A DNA stretch of 63,646 bases, counting the filler, from Hausera hauseri (lineage: Eukaryota): the NCBI GenBank assembly GCA_046269625.1. It is 11 parts of 11 records of this genome, joined end to end, with 100 filler letters (N's around TTAATTAATTAA, not from the genome) between each part and the next. Parts side by side here need not be neighbours in the genome. Positions count along the whole stretch, not along the records: positions 12,368 to 19,260 come from JBJURY010054441.1; positions 19,361 to 23,628 come from JBJURY010667219.1; positions 23,729 to 32,141 come from JBJURY010650996.1; 8 more parts are not named here. The stretch is one strand, 5' to 3'. The notes beneath the pieces are model-generated. The model was given only the letters and a program-made list of their open reading frames with translations. It did no database searches and was not told the DNA's origin. The translations under genes were made by a program, and so were the position numbers. Positions 12,990-26,840 of the stretch are shown in pieces. Positions within the stretch are counted from its first letter, which is position 1, and each line of letters begins with the position of its first letter.

Positions 12990-14430
12990 TGTATATTCAT
13001 CAAGGTAACTTAACCGGACTTCTCTTGCCCATAATTTGAGTTTCCGTGATTTTGTCCGGTTATCAACGTTACACAGCTGTTTATAATGAGGTGGCCGTTT
13101 GGCAGTGGAATTGATTCTGGACAATCCATGCTCGACTAACAATACACTCAAATTACGGTTGGCTCCGTTCTCAGTTGACTCCAGATAGACCCATCCAATG
13201 AAATTACCCGTTTTATCTATATTCTCGATTTCGGCCTCTACTTCATGTTGGTTACCAACATCTTTTGTGTATTGAAGAGCGTCATTTCCAAATACATTTG
13301 TAGGTTCTGCTTTACCGTTTGAAAACCATTTCAGCGGTCGAGGATGTCCAATTCTGGCACGGCGTACGGTCAAAATGCACGTCTCTTTCGGTATGTAAAT
13401 CTTGATTCGGCTACTACTGGCAACGAATTCAAAAACTCTACTTATGTGACCTTGTCGTTTCAAAGAATTAAAGAACTGTTTGGCTTTGCCAGAATCTCCG
13501 GATGGATCTGATACGCGGTGAGTTGGCGTTTCCTTTCTCGAAAAAATATTAACACATTTCTTCACAGCAGCACTTTCAGCAGCAATTAGCGTGTCGTAAT
13601 AAAGATATCTATTGTCATAAGAAGAGTGGTACCAGACAATCGAACCCTAACCTTTTACAACGACTGCTTCCGTTACCTTAATGTTACCCAATGTTATCGT
13701 TGCCATAATTCGTTCTTCTTCAGCTGGACATAATAGATGTGTACGTTGACTTTTTGTCGGTTAATTTCTTTCGTAAAATTTCTCTAACTTCAGACGTATA
13801 CGGGATATCGTAGAGTGGTCGGAATTTTTTGGTTGCGCTTGTTGGTTCTGTTTGAGTTAGTTTTGAGGATCTTATACTAGACAAGAAAATTTTGCGAATT
13901 GTTCCACTGGGACATTTGACTGCTGCATCGTCTCCATTGTCAACTTCGAAAATCGTTCCGATAATTTTTCTATCAGTAATTATTCCACAAGTCTTTTCAT
14001 TTCCATGGACTGCAGGTGATTCGGTTACTTTCTCCGGTGGTTCGGAGTTCTTCCTGATTTGCAAACGTTTTTCTTTAGTGTGTCGTTCTGCAAGACGATA
14101 TTCTGCGGCAATGTTTGGTTGCAACAATCCAATGCTCTACTCAACAACTCGATTGAATTCCTCATGCAAAACTAACTTCGAGATGTTTCTTTTCGGGTGT
14201 AAAACCGTTCCGACGATATTTTGATTATTTACGCTTTCCAAACTAAATTCAACCTTTCTTTGTAATATTTTTGATTCAACAAAGATTTTCGCTTTTTTTG
14301 TAAAATATTCTGGAGTATGTCTGTTATTTTCCATTTTGCATACTGGACTTTTAATTCCAGATAGTATAACAGTAATATGTTTGTAATTATATTTATTGTT
14401 GACGTCATTTGGGGAAAGAAATGTACAAAA
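12990..14430 (-). pseudogene. SND1: Tudor-SN / staphylococcal nuclease domain protein 1 pseudogene (SN2-SN4 region)
   Basis: AKIFVESKILQRKV...NIVGTVLHP..NIS; IFLSSIR; FRPLYDIPY..EVRE.LRKKL; HRVSD.SGD..KAKQF...LKR...YIPKETC; frameshifts and stops. Confidence 0.88.
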
Positions 14431-14483
14431 GTGCTAAGCAAACGACTGGACGTTGCAATTTTTATAAGTCTCTAAATATAAAA

Positions 14484-16450
14484 CTAAACTTGCCATTTGA
14501 TCAACGGACGCATTTTTTGTAACTGCTGTTTGTTAGTGACATACAGTCTAGTTAAAGATGGTTTCTTAACGTATTTTATGTCAACATCATCAAACATAGA
14601 CCGTTGCAACGGTGATTTCGGAACATTGAATGTACAAGATTCATCAATGAGATATGGAATGTCACATTTGACTTTTGGACGATGTATAATCAATAGAGGT
14701 GTATTATTTACTGATGCCCTCAAATTGACTAAACGGTAATCACATGACATGCCCGATCCCGTAAGCAAATTCTCCTCACCCATCAGATCAGAAATGGTGA
14801 ATTGTTTTGAATCTAGTTGCACGTGCAATTTCTGTGCAGGGTAGTTCAAATCGTTGAGTAAAGCGTAACTGGTCATTGTTAGATGACCCATTTTTGTACG
14901 ACAGGCGTATCCAGCCACTTTTCTAATAGTAATCGGTATTGTTTCGCTACCTGTAAATAACAGGTAGAGATTCAAATAAACTACGATTATCGTCGTTCAT
15001 CGATCGTCTATCTTGAAATATTTCCGAATGTTGCCTCGTGATATTCTCGTATGTCATCGATCCATCTCTTACGCCATTCGATTGTTTCGATAGTGATGTC
15101 ATTCGAATAGCGTCGCCCTCTTTATTCGACTTTACGAAAACTGCGCACATCATTGGATAGACATTTGAATTGAAAACGTAAATGAATCTGTCATATTGAT
15201 GAATCATGTCGATGAAAATCATTTGCAATTTCATTTTGCTGACAACTAAAATTTCATCAGCATCGAGAATCGACTCCGAATCGATGTCCGCCTTCTTTTT
15301 TATGAGAGTACTCTGTGTAGCGAAACGAAATATGAGAGGTGTCGAACCGATAGGACGTACCATTCGTTTCATGTAATCTTGAACGTGCTCCTTCGACGTG
15401 CCGACAGCAGCCTCATGATGTTGCATGTATGTTGATGTATTTCTGCCAACATGAATCCTGTTGAACAAATCACTCAAGAAGTATCCGTTCTGTGTCCGCT
15501 CTTTGTATTTCCTGTTGTATGCCGCAGGGAGTGACAACAAAATTTCTGCGGTCCTCAAATTATTAAGCAGTTGTCGTCCGGGTAACTTAACCTTAGGTCG
15601 ACTGGTGTGAAACCCCTTCCAGTAATGATCATTTCTATCAACGTACGTGAAGGAATTGCCGGTCAATTGGGGCCACTGTTGTATTTCGGCCTTACCGGCA
15701 TTAACAATTAGATCTGCTAGGTTATCCTTTTTCCCAGCTTGATTACTTATCTGAAAGTTTTGTCGAGGTCCAACGATAGAGTTCCCCAACTGTAACTTGA
15801 CTTCTAAGTTTTATTACACCTTACTCCGCCTTTAGCCGTATTTTGTCAGTTTTTTTTTCTTAACGCAGGAATTAAATGGCTATACTCGTAATATTTTGTT
15901 AAAATACATAAATTGAATTTTCCGTTTACACCATCGTCTGGAGTCAAATGATTGTAAGTCATAGTCACCTTTTTACAACTTGAAATTAGATTTTTCATAA
16001 GTCTCAATTTTAACCCAACAACCAAATCGCGACACAAAAAAGAGCCGCAGGGCACCCCACAAACAAAAACCGTACTCACCACACTGTTTCGAATTCCACG
16101 TGTGCAACTTTTTTTCAAAATAACTGGTGGAGATTTGTATTCCAAAGTATTGCAAACCCAATCATTTATTTCAACGTAATCTGAACAGTAAATGATCTGA
16201 CACCAATTGTTGTAGTTGGTCCTGAACGTATCCATTTTTTTAGGTTCCTTTTAACGTAAATAGAGATTATAATGCCTCAAACTAATAACCCGGTTTTGTT
16301 GGTACATAGAAATATGACACATTGGATTTTGCTGCACCAAAAACGTGTTTTTGTATTTTGATAATTCGAGGTGTTGGAAATACATCGTCAAAAAGAATAT
16401 GTTCTTTCCTTTATCCGTTCGCATTAAATTTTGAAATAAAACGTGATATA
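14484..16450 (-). pseudogene. Golgi alpha-mannosidase II (GH38) pseudogene with internal deletions
   Basis: WPQLTGNSFTYVDRNDHYWKGFHTSRP and QHHEAAVGTSK match degenerate GH38 motifs (FFTYADR..YWSGY.TSRP; QHHD.ITGT); C-terminal CDYRLVNLR; far too short and frameshifted. Confidence 0.8.
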
Positions 16451-16989
16451 GAACAACGAAATTTTTATTAAAAAACTTTCAAAATATTCTAAACTTTTTT
16501 TCTTTAGTTATCGCTCGTTTCTAACAAACAAAAATTTTTTACCACATACAATTACAATATTACAAAATTCAAAGTGACACAACATTTCGTTTAAAATGAA
16601 TTGTTTGACCGACTTTGTTTGTACATATCATTCCAATTACAGTCTAATAAAAAGGTTCAATTTGGTTTCCTTGAATTAAGACAAATGTATTGTTAACATC
16701 ATTAGAGAGATAAGTATGTGCGAACATCAACGTCCGACATGAAGTAATTGAAAAGTTTGAAAAATCCCGGTTGAATAGCAAATTGATATTGTCGACCAAA
16801 TCTTACGCATACATTGTAAAATATCTTGAAGCTGTTGATCACGAAACAAATGCCATCCAACCCGGCATCCGTTTATGAAACCCCCCACGGCCGCTCCATG
16901 TCGCGATTTTAGTCTGGTTATTTCATCATTTTAATTTTGTAAATTATTCATCATATGGCTATAAGAATTTTAATTTCTCAAAACCAGAT

Positions 16990-19260
16990 ATGTTGAATCC
17001 CTGTTTCTCACATAATCGTTTTATGCCAAATTTAAACAGCACTGCAAGCGATAACAATATTACCAGTAATCAAGATTCCAAGATGTATTCCATATCCAAA
17101 ATAGATACGTTGTTTCATTCCAGTAATATCAATTCAATATCGAATAATGATTATCGATTGAATCGTTTGGATTGGTGACCTACTAAAGATAACAACGATA
17201 TTGAATGTTTATCTGCCAAATTACAGTCATTCGGTATCCGATGTTCACAATTCGCCCCTTTGATAGTCGGGATACACCACGGCATTTTTCGCAGTCCACG
17301 TCGAATACTCCATTGCTCATAGTAGCACGGTTTGGTGTCACTACAGTGCCAGAAGTGGGATCTATTATTTCATGCAGGAATTTTACTGATGCAGATGTTT
17401 TCTCAAAATCTGATCCCATGGTCGTGTTATTTATTCGCCACGGTACTAATAAATTTGAAGAATTTGGCCGAACAGAAGTAATAAAGAATAACTTAAATCC
17501 CGATTTCAGCAAGTCTTTCATATTGGATTATTATTTTGAAGAAATCCAGCGACTGAAATTTCAAGTATACGACATTGATAGTACTAGTCGAAAATTAAGG
17601 GATCACGATTTTCTTGGTGAGTATGAATGAAATCTAGGCGAACTTGTAAGTCGTGCAATGTGAATGTCAAATTGACGGGAGTTATCAGGGGAAACATTCT
17701 AATACGTTGTGCAGAAATCGGTTCCTGTCTAGAACTATTCAATTTTAAATTTGCCGGCCATAATCTCGAGAAAAGGGATTTATTCGGCAAATCAGATCCG
17801 TTTTTGGAGATTATGAGATCCCAGCAAAATATACGGTTTACTGGAGAGAATAATGTGAATTATGGTAGTGTCGAGTTCTCTCTCGCTCATCGAACAGAAT
17901 ATATCAAATGTTATCTGAATCCAACTTGGCGGTTTTTCTAAGTCCGTGGTTTGCGATTATGTGGAGGTGAGAGATCGTCTATTGCGTATTGATTGTTACG
18001 ACTGGAATAAAAGTGTGAGTGACAGTAATGATTACTCTAGTAGCGACCTTATTGGAATCTTTTACACACCTGTCTGTGTACTGGAAACGAATGTTGGCTA
18101 TCAAGGTGCATTTAAACTCTAATCCGAAGAAGTTAAAAAATAAGAAGTATCAAGATTCTGGGCAAATTACTTTTCTAGACTTTTCTGTTGAAATGGACTA
18201 CATATTCGTCGGTTACACATCGTCGCATACCGAACTAAAATTCACCGTTGCAATTGACTTCATCGCATCGAACGGACCACAGAATGACCCGCGTTCATTG
18301 CGTCATACCAAACCGAGTTGGTATGGCCCTGATCGGGAGTTGAATAAGTACGAAATGGCCATTTCGGCTGTTGGTCGGATTATTCAAGATTACGATTCAG
18401 ACAAATTGTTCCCGGCACTCGGGTTCGGTGATCGTATTCCACGTCAAATGCACGTGTCCTATTGTTTCCCGTTGAGTCTTCAACAGGATAATCTGTACTG
18501 CTTTCAAGTTGATGGACTGTTGCAGGCGTATCAGCAAATGGTTCAGCAAGTTCAATTGTATAGGTCTACGAATTTTACTGCAGTTATTCAACATGTTCAG
18601 AGCTTTGTAAGAGCCATTAAAAATGGTTGGCTCTATTTAGTTTTGCTGATCATCACAGATGGTATAATGACAGACATTGAAAATACAGTCAATGCGAATG
18701 TCGATTGCTCATATTTACCCATGTCAATCATAATCGTAGGTGTAGGCAATGAGGATTTTTCCGGTAATAATTATTTATGGAAAATGTGCATCTGAACTGG
18801 TTTTGTCCCACTGCAGCAATGGACATGCTTGACTGTGACAACGGACTTTTGCGGTCCGGCTTAAAAGTAGCCGAAAGAGACATTGTTCAATTTGTGCCTA
18901 TGAGGGACTTCTTAAAAGATAAAAATACAGTTTCAAATCAAGCGTCGTTGGCGCGTGCTGTGTTGGCTGAACTACCCGATCAAGTGGTGCAATGGATGAA
19001 GAAACATAAAATCAAACCGAAACCTTCAAGTGAGAAAGTAAGAACTGTGCCCGTTGCGCCTGGTATTCAAACTGCTGAGCCATTTGTACCATCTAATATC
19101 GGTGCATGTTCGTTGCCGAGAAATCCTCCTATTCAGTCATACGTACATGAAATGACAAACTCAATGCCTCAGTCATCGCCTCATCGTTTTTCTGGATATC
19201 CACCATATGGTGCTTTTCAGGGACAACAAGAATATCCACTGCCATTTGGTGGTTTTCGTC
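16990..19260 (+). pseudogene. Copine (C2A-C2B-vWA) pseudogene
   Basis: DVFSKSDPM, GRTEVIKNNLNPDF, YYFEEIQRLKF.VYDID, DLFGKSDPFL, FTVAIDF, IQDYDSDKLFPALGFG, LLIITDG, LPMSIIIVGVG, AERDIVQFVP; several frameshifts and stops. Confidence 0.88.
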
Positions 19261-19360
19261 NNNNNNNNNNNNNNNNNNNNNNNNNNNNNNNNNNNNNNNN
19301 NNNNTTAATTAATTAANNNNNNNNNNNNNNNNNNNNNNNNNNNNNNNNNNNNNNNNNNNN

Positions 19361-22300
19361 CGTCTTTAAACTTCTCGAAGACCTTCTTGTTGACGATTGA
19401 GTAATTTGGATAATTTTGGGATAATCCGAGGTATCCATATACTGCGCCAATTTTGCAAACTTTTCAAAAACATCATCTGTATGGATCTGGTATAAGTGAT
19501 ATATTGAGCATATGAATGCTCACCAGGTTCTCCGTGTAGGTTGTGCTGCTGTAGAAGTTGAGCTTAGCGATAAGTTTCTTTGCCTTCTTCCAGTCACATA
19601 CCAGCTCGATTTATCCGGCTGAGGATGTACTTCATAGTTTTGCCAAAGACCGAGTTGTTATGCAGCTTGAATTGTTTCTTTTCAAACTCGTTCTTGGCAT
19701 AGGCCCTCTACTAGGTATGAAGGTCTATGTATTAATTCAGCCATTTGGACTGGTTCAACTGCAGGGCCCAATAAATCCTGATGACTCGGAGTCCATTTTG
19801 GATGGCCTGTTGGAGATTTATGTGTTGGGCTACATACCTCTTCCTGTTTTCGAAGTGAAAGAGCAGCTTCTTATGCTTACTATTTAACTAACTTTTGCTC
19901 TCTGGGAAAAAAGTTAGCTGCTCATGCCTTGTGTGGATGCTATGTGGGTATTCCACGTCCACCTCCGGTATGTAGTTTGTATCTCCATTGGGATCCATAC
20001 CTTCAATATCCAGGACTTTCGGCTGCTCTACCCACTGAAAGTTATCATAAGGCAATGGGTTGCTCATTGCTTATCCATACAGATTGTTGGCATCCAGGTA
20101 TGATATATGAGGATTCCTTGGATGGATCATAATCTGTTATGTATTTGTTGTTGGCCTTACTGTACCTGTGAATGGCCTGGCAGATTCCACCCCTGATGTC
20201 TCTCACAATCATGAGGACCATATTTTAATCCTTCAAGATCTGGAGCTTTATGCCGGTATAGCGCAGCATAGCTACCCAACTCATTCCTCGAGCTGTAAGA
20301 AATGGGCTGAATCTAACTTATGGCTCTTAAGGGTCACATACCGAAAGCTTTCGAAGACATCAGTAAGCAACATTACATCTGTGAGGAGATACATATCATT
20401 GTGTTCCCCTATTGTCCTGCACTGGAAGGTCTGCAATACTCTTTGGGCGTGCTCATAGTCAGCATTGCTAATATGACTGTATGACAACTGACTGTAGAAG
20501 TCCTCCTTGGACGGTAATGCATCTTCATCCAGAACTTTCCATGACGTTATGTAGTCATAGGGGAACAATCCTTTCCGCTTCATCACATCAAGTGTATCCG
20601 GGAAGAACCTCTTCGTCTCCTTGAGCTCATCAGCTGGAAGGCTTTTCACGAGGCTGTCCAGTGACGAGCTCATGAAGCGAAAGTATCAATGAAGCGAAAT
20701 CTGGTGCGTCCCACATGCTTCGTGAAGGTGATGTACTTCTCCTCACTATTTGGAATCACATCAATGTTCCCCTCAATATTACCCAATTGTCGAACAATGA
20801 AGTGGGAATAGTATCCACTAAGACTGTGGAAAACCACGGCAACATATGCACATGTCTTGCAGCGTAAGTTGCAACTGTTGCACGCTGCACTTCTGTATAT
20901 GCCTGTAAAATGGCAGTGATCCCTGACTTTGTGATTGTCCTAAGTGAATAGCTTTCTGCATAAGTAGCATGTTGATGCTTTGCGACATTCATATTTTTCT
21001 TGCTGCGACATCACCATGTAACCCTTATGCTTCTGCAATATGTCTTCAAGTTTGTGGGCATACTGTTCCAGACGCTGCATAAAATGTGCTGCTGCATTTA
21101 CACCCTGTGTAGGTAGGGTTCTTTGTCCAATCCTTTGACATACATGCAGTATGATGATAACTCAAGGTACTGGTATGTTGTAGTACTGCTTTGCTGTGGA
21201 CTGGGACTGCAGCTGTGAATTGGGCTGAGAATGGCCTCAAAGTCGCAATATATGACAAACGGCACCTTCTGAATCTTCTCGAACTCCTTGAATTCCAGGT
21301 AATTCTCCTAGGGGATTCTGCTCGAATGCAATAGTTTGTATTTCCGTAGGTCTTGTGCTCCTCCAGCTTTTCTGCGGCTGTGTCTCCATTAAAATGGGTA
21401 AAGCATCTTTTGCACATTTCCAGCCTTGATTTATGCTTGGATACTTCGGATCCTACCAAGCTCTCAAAATTCTTGATCTAGATGAAATGCCTCGTTTCTC
21501 CATCACCTATCAAGAGCAGATCTTTATGACTCTCCAATTTTTCCTTGCATACATGTAAGGGATAAAATTTGTCCTCCTCCAATCCGAAGATGTTGATGGA
21601 GATATTATTCACGCTTTCAAATTTCACGATTTTATCTAGGCTCGGCCGGAATGAAATACAGCTTAGGTCGTAAGTGTTCTGCACATTGTCATATATCCAA
21701 ACTGTGGAAGCATTATGTTGATCCTGGACTAGTTTTGACAAAATAGAATACATGAAGCGCATGCTGTCCTCATTATGGACATTGATGCATGCCTTTTTCT
21801 TAACTATCGATTTAGGAAGCGGTATATAAGATTTGCCTCTCATGGGAGAATACTTGTGCACATGCACAAGTAACCCCTTTTTTGTTGCTAAAGTCCAACC
21901 GCTTTTCTTGTCCTGTCTTTCTTTGGCTTTAAGGATAAGCCTAGCATAATCCTCTGTTATGAAATTCCTAATTTTAGAGGATTTCAACAGTGGCCTGTTC
22001 TTTGTCTTGAGGGCTCTACTATATAGTTCTCCTTTAACATTGGTGAAGGTGGCTTCCAATTTGAAGTTCACCTTAAGGGCCTTCAGCTCCAACAAGTTGT
22101 CCTGGAGAATTCCTCCTGCCTCCTCCCTTGAATATTCCAGGAAATCATGGAGCGATGTCTGCCCAACTGCTGCTATAATGTATTGCCGCACTTTGCTCTT
22201 CAGTGCAGCTGCATCAACTGGCCCCTGTCTTTGGCTTTTTGATGGAGCATCTGCTGCTACTTCTGATAGGCGTTTTGGTCCTGCATTAGGCCTTGATGCT

Positions 22301-22809
22301 AAAGCAGACTGTACAACTGGCTGTGCAGCCAAAGCAAGATGCTGCTCATTAAATATGACCTTCTTTGGCTTTGAATTGAAGTCTGTCAAATTGGCAATAT
22401 AATCGTTGTAAAACTGCATGTATTCTCTATCACATAGAGCCTCACATCCAGGGCAAATATAATAAATGACTCTATTGAATTTGTATCCATAATAGTCCCT
22501 CATGGCATTGTGGCAATTTTGAGGGTTGTGTATTACACATGTGCAATACACATATGAACTATTTTCCTTTGGCATGAAAGTCGTTATTGGCGTATTGGCA
22601 TATTTGATTTTCGACTTGGTGAATGAAATCAAGTGCTGCTTATGGACATTGTAAAAGTCTTCATAATTGATTTGACACACTACTTCACATTTAGGGCATA
22701 TAAAAGATTGAACTCTGTTGGACATATGGCCAAAGTACTTCTTCATAATATTGTGGCAATTTTTTGGCTCATGGATTTGAGCAAAACATTCGCTGTGAAG
22801 TTTGCACAT
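19361..22809 (-). mobile_element. Polinton family A protein-primed family B DNA polymerase, degenerate
   Basis: KSGW, RGKSYIPLP, INVHNED, endonuclease VII-like RDHCHFTG.YRSAACNSCN, VFHSLSGYYSHF, RKGLFPYDY, YLLTDVMLL.DVFESFR, IRGGIC, ANNKY; frameshifted. Confidence 0.9.
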
Positions 22810-22949
22810 CTAAAATCAACCAATTATTTTTAGGAGCACAATTAAAAAACTCACCATTCGTAGAAGTGATTTTGGAAATGATGAAAAATATAGTCATATC
22901 ACCATGTACTACGTCGCTTATTGATTGGTTTTAATGCACTTTTGTTTTA

Positions 22950-23628
22950 TTGCATCAATTAAGTTAAATACGTTGCGGCGCCAAATTTAAGGTTTTCATA
23001 TATGGTGAATCGAATTCCATCATTTGATTCTTCGAAAAATGCACGCTTGACCGAGTTTTCGAGTTTGAATAGCTAAGTATTCGACTTGTGAACTCGAATT
23101 CAAGTACCTGATGCTATATTCCGATTCAACATATATAACTTCCTATCCAGTCAAGCTCAAGGATTTATTGATTTCCGCTTCACTGGGCTTTAAATGCACA
23201 TTTTTCTTAATTCGAAATATTGATTTTGTATCTATATAGTACATTTTCATGATAATTTTTGTGTACATGGAGGTTTTCGAATATGAGGAATTGATTCCCG
23301 CTGTTATATTTTTCGAATAGTTCGATATTCGATATTCGGGCCAAAAGTATTCGATTTTCCAATATCTGACTCGAGATTCGAGATCGCCATAGTCGATTTC
23401 CTATCTGTCCCCACTAATTATAATATCAAATTTTGCTTCCTTAAGACCTAAAAAACCTATGAGGGGTCCCCTTCAGTTGCACTTTGGATCGATATTCAAA
23501 ATCGGCTCGATAAATTTAAATTCTAACTGCACATTAATATATTGCATCGTATTTCCAATCGATCCCACCCGGTCACATGTCCTAATCATCAATATTGGAA
23601 ATATCGGAAATCCGATATTATTGATTTT
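22950..23628. repeat. Polinton family A sub-terminal/TIR region upstream of pPolB
   Basis: 23505-23628 aligns with 37865-37987, which continues to an ACTACT terminus. Confidence 0.65.
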
Positions 23629-23729
23629 NNNNNNNNNNNNNNNNNNNNNNNNNNNNNNNNNNNNNNNNNNNNTTAATTAATTAANNNNNNNNNNNNNNNN
23701 NNNNNNNNNNNNNNNNNNNNNNNNNNNNA

Positions 23730-25370
23730 GCACACCGCAATGGCCCGGTATCACAGAAGAAGAATATCACAAGGCACAGTTGTTTGGGTCAGAGGTCGGC
23801 TGCAGAAACCTGTTGGAGTACATGTGTCACTATCTGAAATTGGATGTATACTTCTGAGCCAATGTGTTTCAGACATTTCGAGCTAAAGCGTTGGCAGAAG
23901 ATAGGCTAGAGCCAATCAACTTTTACTCAATACCCGGAATGAGTTGGGCATCAGCTCTGATGTCACGGGATCGGAATATCGAGCTATTGCAAAACCTAAA
24001 AATGCACCAAATGTTTCATATTGGTATTCGTGGAGGTATGACATTTGTCAATAATCACCATGTTAGTGCTGCTGCTGCTGCTATCAGTGATGATGCCACA
24101 TCAGTGTTGCATATCGACATTAATAACCTGTACGGCTGGGCGCTTTCACGGTTCATTCGAATAGATAGTAGACAAACAAGAGCTGGACGCAATAATAAAA
24201 AATCTGCCGAGAGCAGACAACAGAAAACAGCTCAATCGAATACCTGATGGAAGTCGATCTCGTGGTACTAGATGAGCTGCATGACTTTCTGAATGAACTA
24301 CCGGCAGAACTAATCAGCCAATGTCCGCCGGGCTCAAAGGTGAAGAAGCTGCTTATGACGCATGAACCTAAACAAAATTACATAATTCATTGGCGTCTGT
24401 TGCAATTTTACATTCAGCTCGGTGTACACGTCGCATAATTACATCGCGCAATCCGATTCGCACAGGCTCCGATATTCAAGGCATATATCAGTCGGAATTC
24501 GGAAAACCGAGCTGCAGCTTGTACGAATTTTGAAACAGACTATTGCAAAATGAAAAACAATTCTCTCTACGGTAAAACAGCAGAGAATCTGAGAAAGTGC
24601 TAAATGTATGCTTATGCAATAGCGAAAAGGGATTAGTCACGTACACGAGCAAGGCGCAGTTCAGGCTGTCAATGAACATTGCCTATGGATTGGTTGCTAT
24701 GCTTTTAAACAGGGAATAAATCGTACTGGACCGGTCAATTTATACAGGACAAGTGGTATTGGATATGAGCAAGTTGCGGATGTATGAGCTGCAGTATCGC
24801 AATTTGGCACGATATCGGCAAATGTTCGGCGGATGTAAGACCAAAATAATAGCCGGTGACACAGAGTTTTTTCTTGGAACTGAAAAACGTCCATCGCGAA
24901 TAACTACTGCGGCAAATTATGACAGACGGATTACTGGACACGTCAAATTACCAACAGTATCATCCATTGTACAGCAACGCCAGCATAAACAAAATCGGTT
25001 GTTTCAAGAATGAAAGTGAAGGTCGGCTTCAGTATCGGGAATGGGTACTTCTACGACCAAAATGTTATAGCCTTTTAACTGACTGTGGACCGAAGATGCG
25101 CTCAAAAGGAGTTCAGTTGGCTCGAACGGAAATAAACCACGGTGATTATCACCGTACGTATGAAGGAGGAACAGAAAACGGTGGAGAAGAAGGAGGAGGA
25201 GGACAATCAAAAAGGTTGTTGTGTCTCAAACGATCATCCGATCAATTGAGCACCAGCTTTATAGGGTGACCAATACAAAAGTCGCTTTATTATGTAATTA
25301 TGATAAACTTAAGTGGGTGGGGTGGAATAAGAGTTTGGCGTACGGACATTGGAGTTTGGAATAAAACATA
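23730..25370 (+). mobile_element. Polinton family B pPolB C-terminal part, degenerate
   Basis: GIRGGMTFVN, DINNLYGWALS, K.KNNSLYGK, AGDT(D), KIGCFK.ES, LRPKCYS. Confidence 0.9.
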
Positions 25371-25569
25371 AACACACATGAATTCAGTCCTGACGATGCA
25401 GATAGATCATTGTGACAATTCATTGCCATCTGTGTTTTGCATAAATAATGTATATTGTTCGTTGTTTTTGCCTTTTGTTTTATTATCATTTAATTTATCT
25501 CTATATATTTATATATTTAACTAAATGTGTCGAGAAACAACATCAAGAACAAAATAAATAAAATTTATT

Positions 25570-26070
25570 AATCATAAGCTGAAATCAAAAACGAAGTAAT
25601 TCAAATCAGCGTAAACTTTCCCACCTTCCGTATTGGCGATTTACCGCCGTGCATATCCTTGTTCTTTCAATTTCAATGTTAGATAGCCTTTAGCTCCTTC
25701 CGCTGGCAAAACGGCTGCTGCTGTTGCTGTTTCGCCGTCATGCCAACTGACAATTTTTGTCATATTTCCTTTGAGAAAAATCGACGATGTATCTTGGATA
25801 TCGTTACGCAATACCAAATCACTGTCAACTTTTCTCATTGTGTCATTCATTGTATCCAAATCATCTCCTCTGATCTTTTTAACCAATAGACCATATTTCA
25901 CCGGTTTGATTTTGACCGTTTGCGTCAATGGCAATTGAATAGCGTCGCGCAGATAATGTAAGTTTTATCCATTATACAACGGGGAATTTCTGAACGAATA
26001 TTCGCTGTACCTAGGTTTTTTGAGAGACTCGCAGAACTGTCATCTGAATTGTTTTCAAAAGGTGTTTTAA
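25570..26070 (-). pseudogene. Polinton accessory gene X1 (unknown function)
   Basis: Conserved copy at 45852-46299 in the same position after pPolB; LHYLR.AIQLPLTQT.KIKPVKYGLLV...YLTLKLK..KSPI. Confidence 0.6.
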
Positions 26071-26129
26071 AGACAAACGTGAAATGAAATTTCATCCATA
26101 TTTATATCAAATTTGTTCATACCGGTTTG

Positions 26130-26713
26130 TTTTCATTGTAAACAATATACATTTACTTTGTGAGTATTGTCTCATCACAATGATACATACCAGTTAAAAT
26201 TACCTTCACATCATTGAAGCCAATGACACTGTTTAGTTCCGTTATTGAAGTCATTTGTAATAAATGTGAACAATTTCCATTATAACACATTTACATTCTG
26301 GACATTGGGTTACTTTGGAACACATTTGACAAACAGCGAGATGGCTGCACATTAAGAATACCATATTCACTTTTCTTTGGTTACATAGTACACACAAACT
26401 GACAGTCTCGTACCTTGTCCATTATTTTCTCTTTCAAGTTATTTAATTCATCGCGTACTCTTTCAACAGTATTAAAGTAATTTGTATCATACAATCGGTG
26501 AATGTACACTTGATTTAACACAATAATTAGATTTTCTATAAAGCTGCAATCTGTTGTCATTATTGCTATTGACGCCAAATCTTCTTTAAATCCAAAATCA
26601 CATGCTGCTATCGCAACCAGCTCACCGTCAACTACTTACCATCATCGTACCAAGTCTGAAATTGATAATCCATCAAAATTTTGCAATTGCTTCAACTGAT
26701 CAACTATTTCCAT
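26130..26713 (-). pseudogene. Polinton accessory gene Y (unknown function)
   Basis: MEIVDQLKQLQ.FDGLSISDL...DFGFK.LASIA conserved at 58980-59207; internally deleted copy at about 46350-46475. Confidence 0.55.
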
Positions 26714-26840
26714 GATTATTATTATTATAACCTACACATATTTATAATTTTTGAACTATACAGCTGACCAATATGGTTAAACATGTTATGAATCTTATTT
26801 AAAGAAAGAAAGAAGCAGAGAAATACATATATACATTTAT

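Noticed and set aside
19558-20458. Plus-strand ORFs opposite pPolB (and similar shadow ORFs elsewhere)
   Set aside because: Antisense shadows of recognisable genes with no independent motifs
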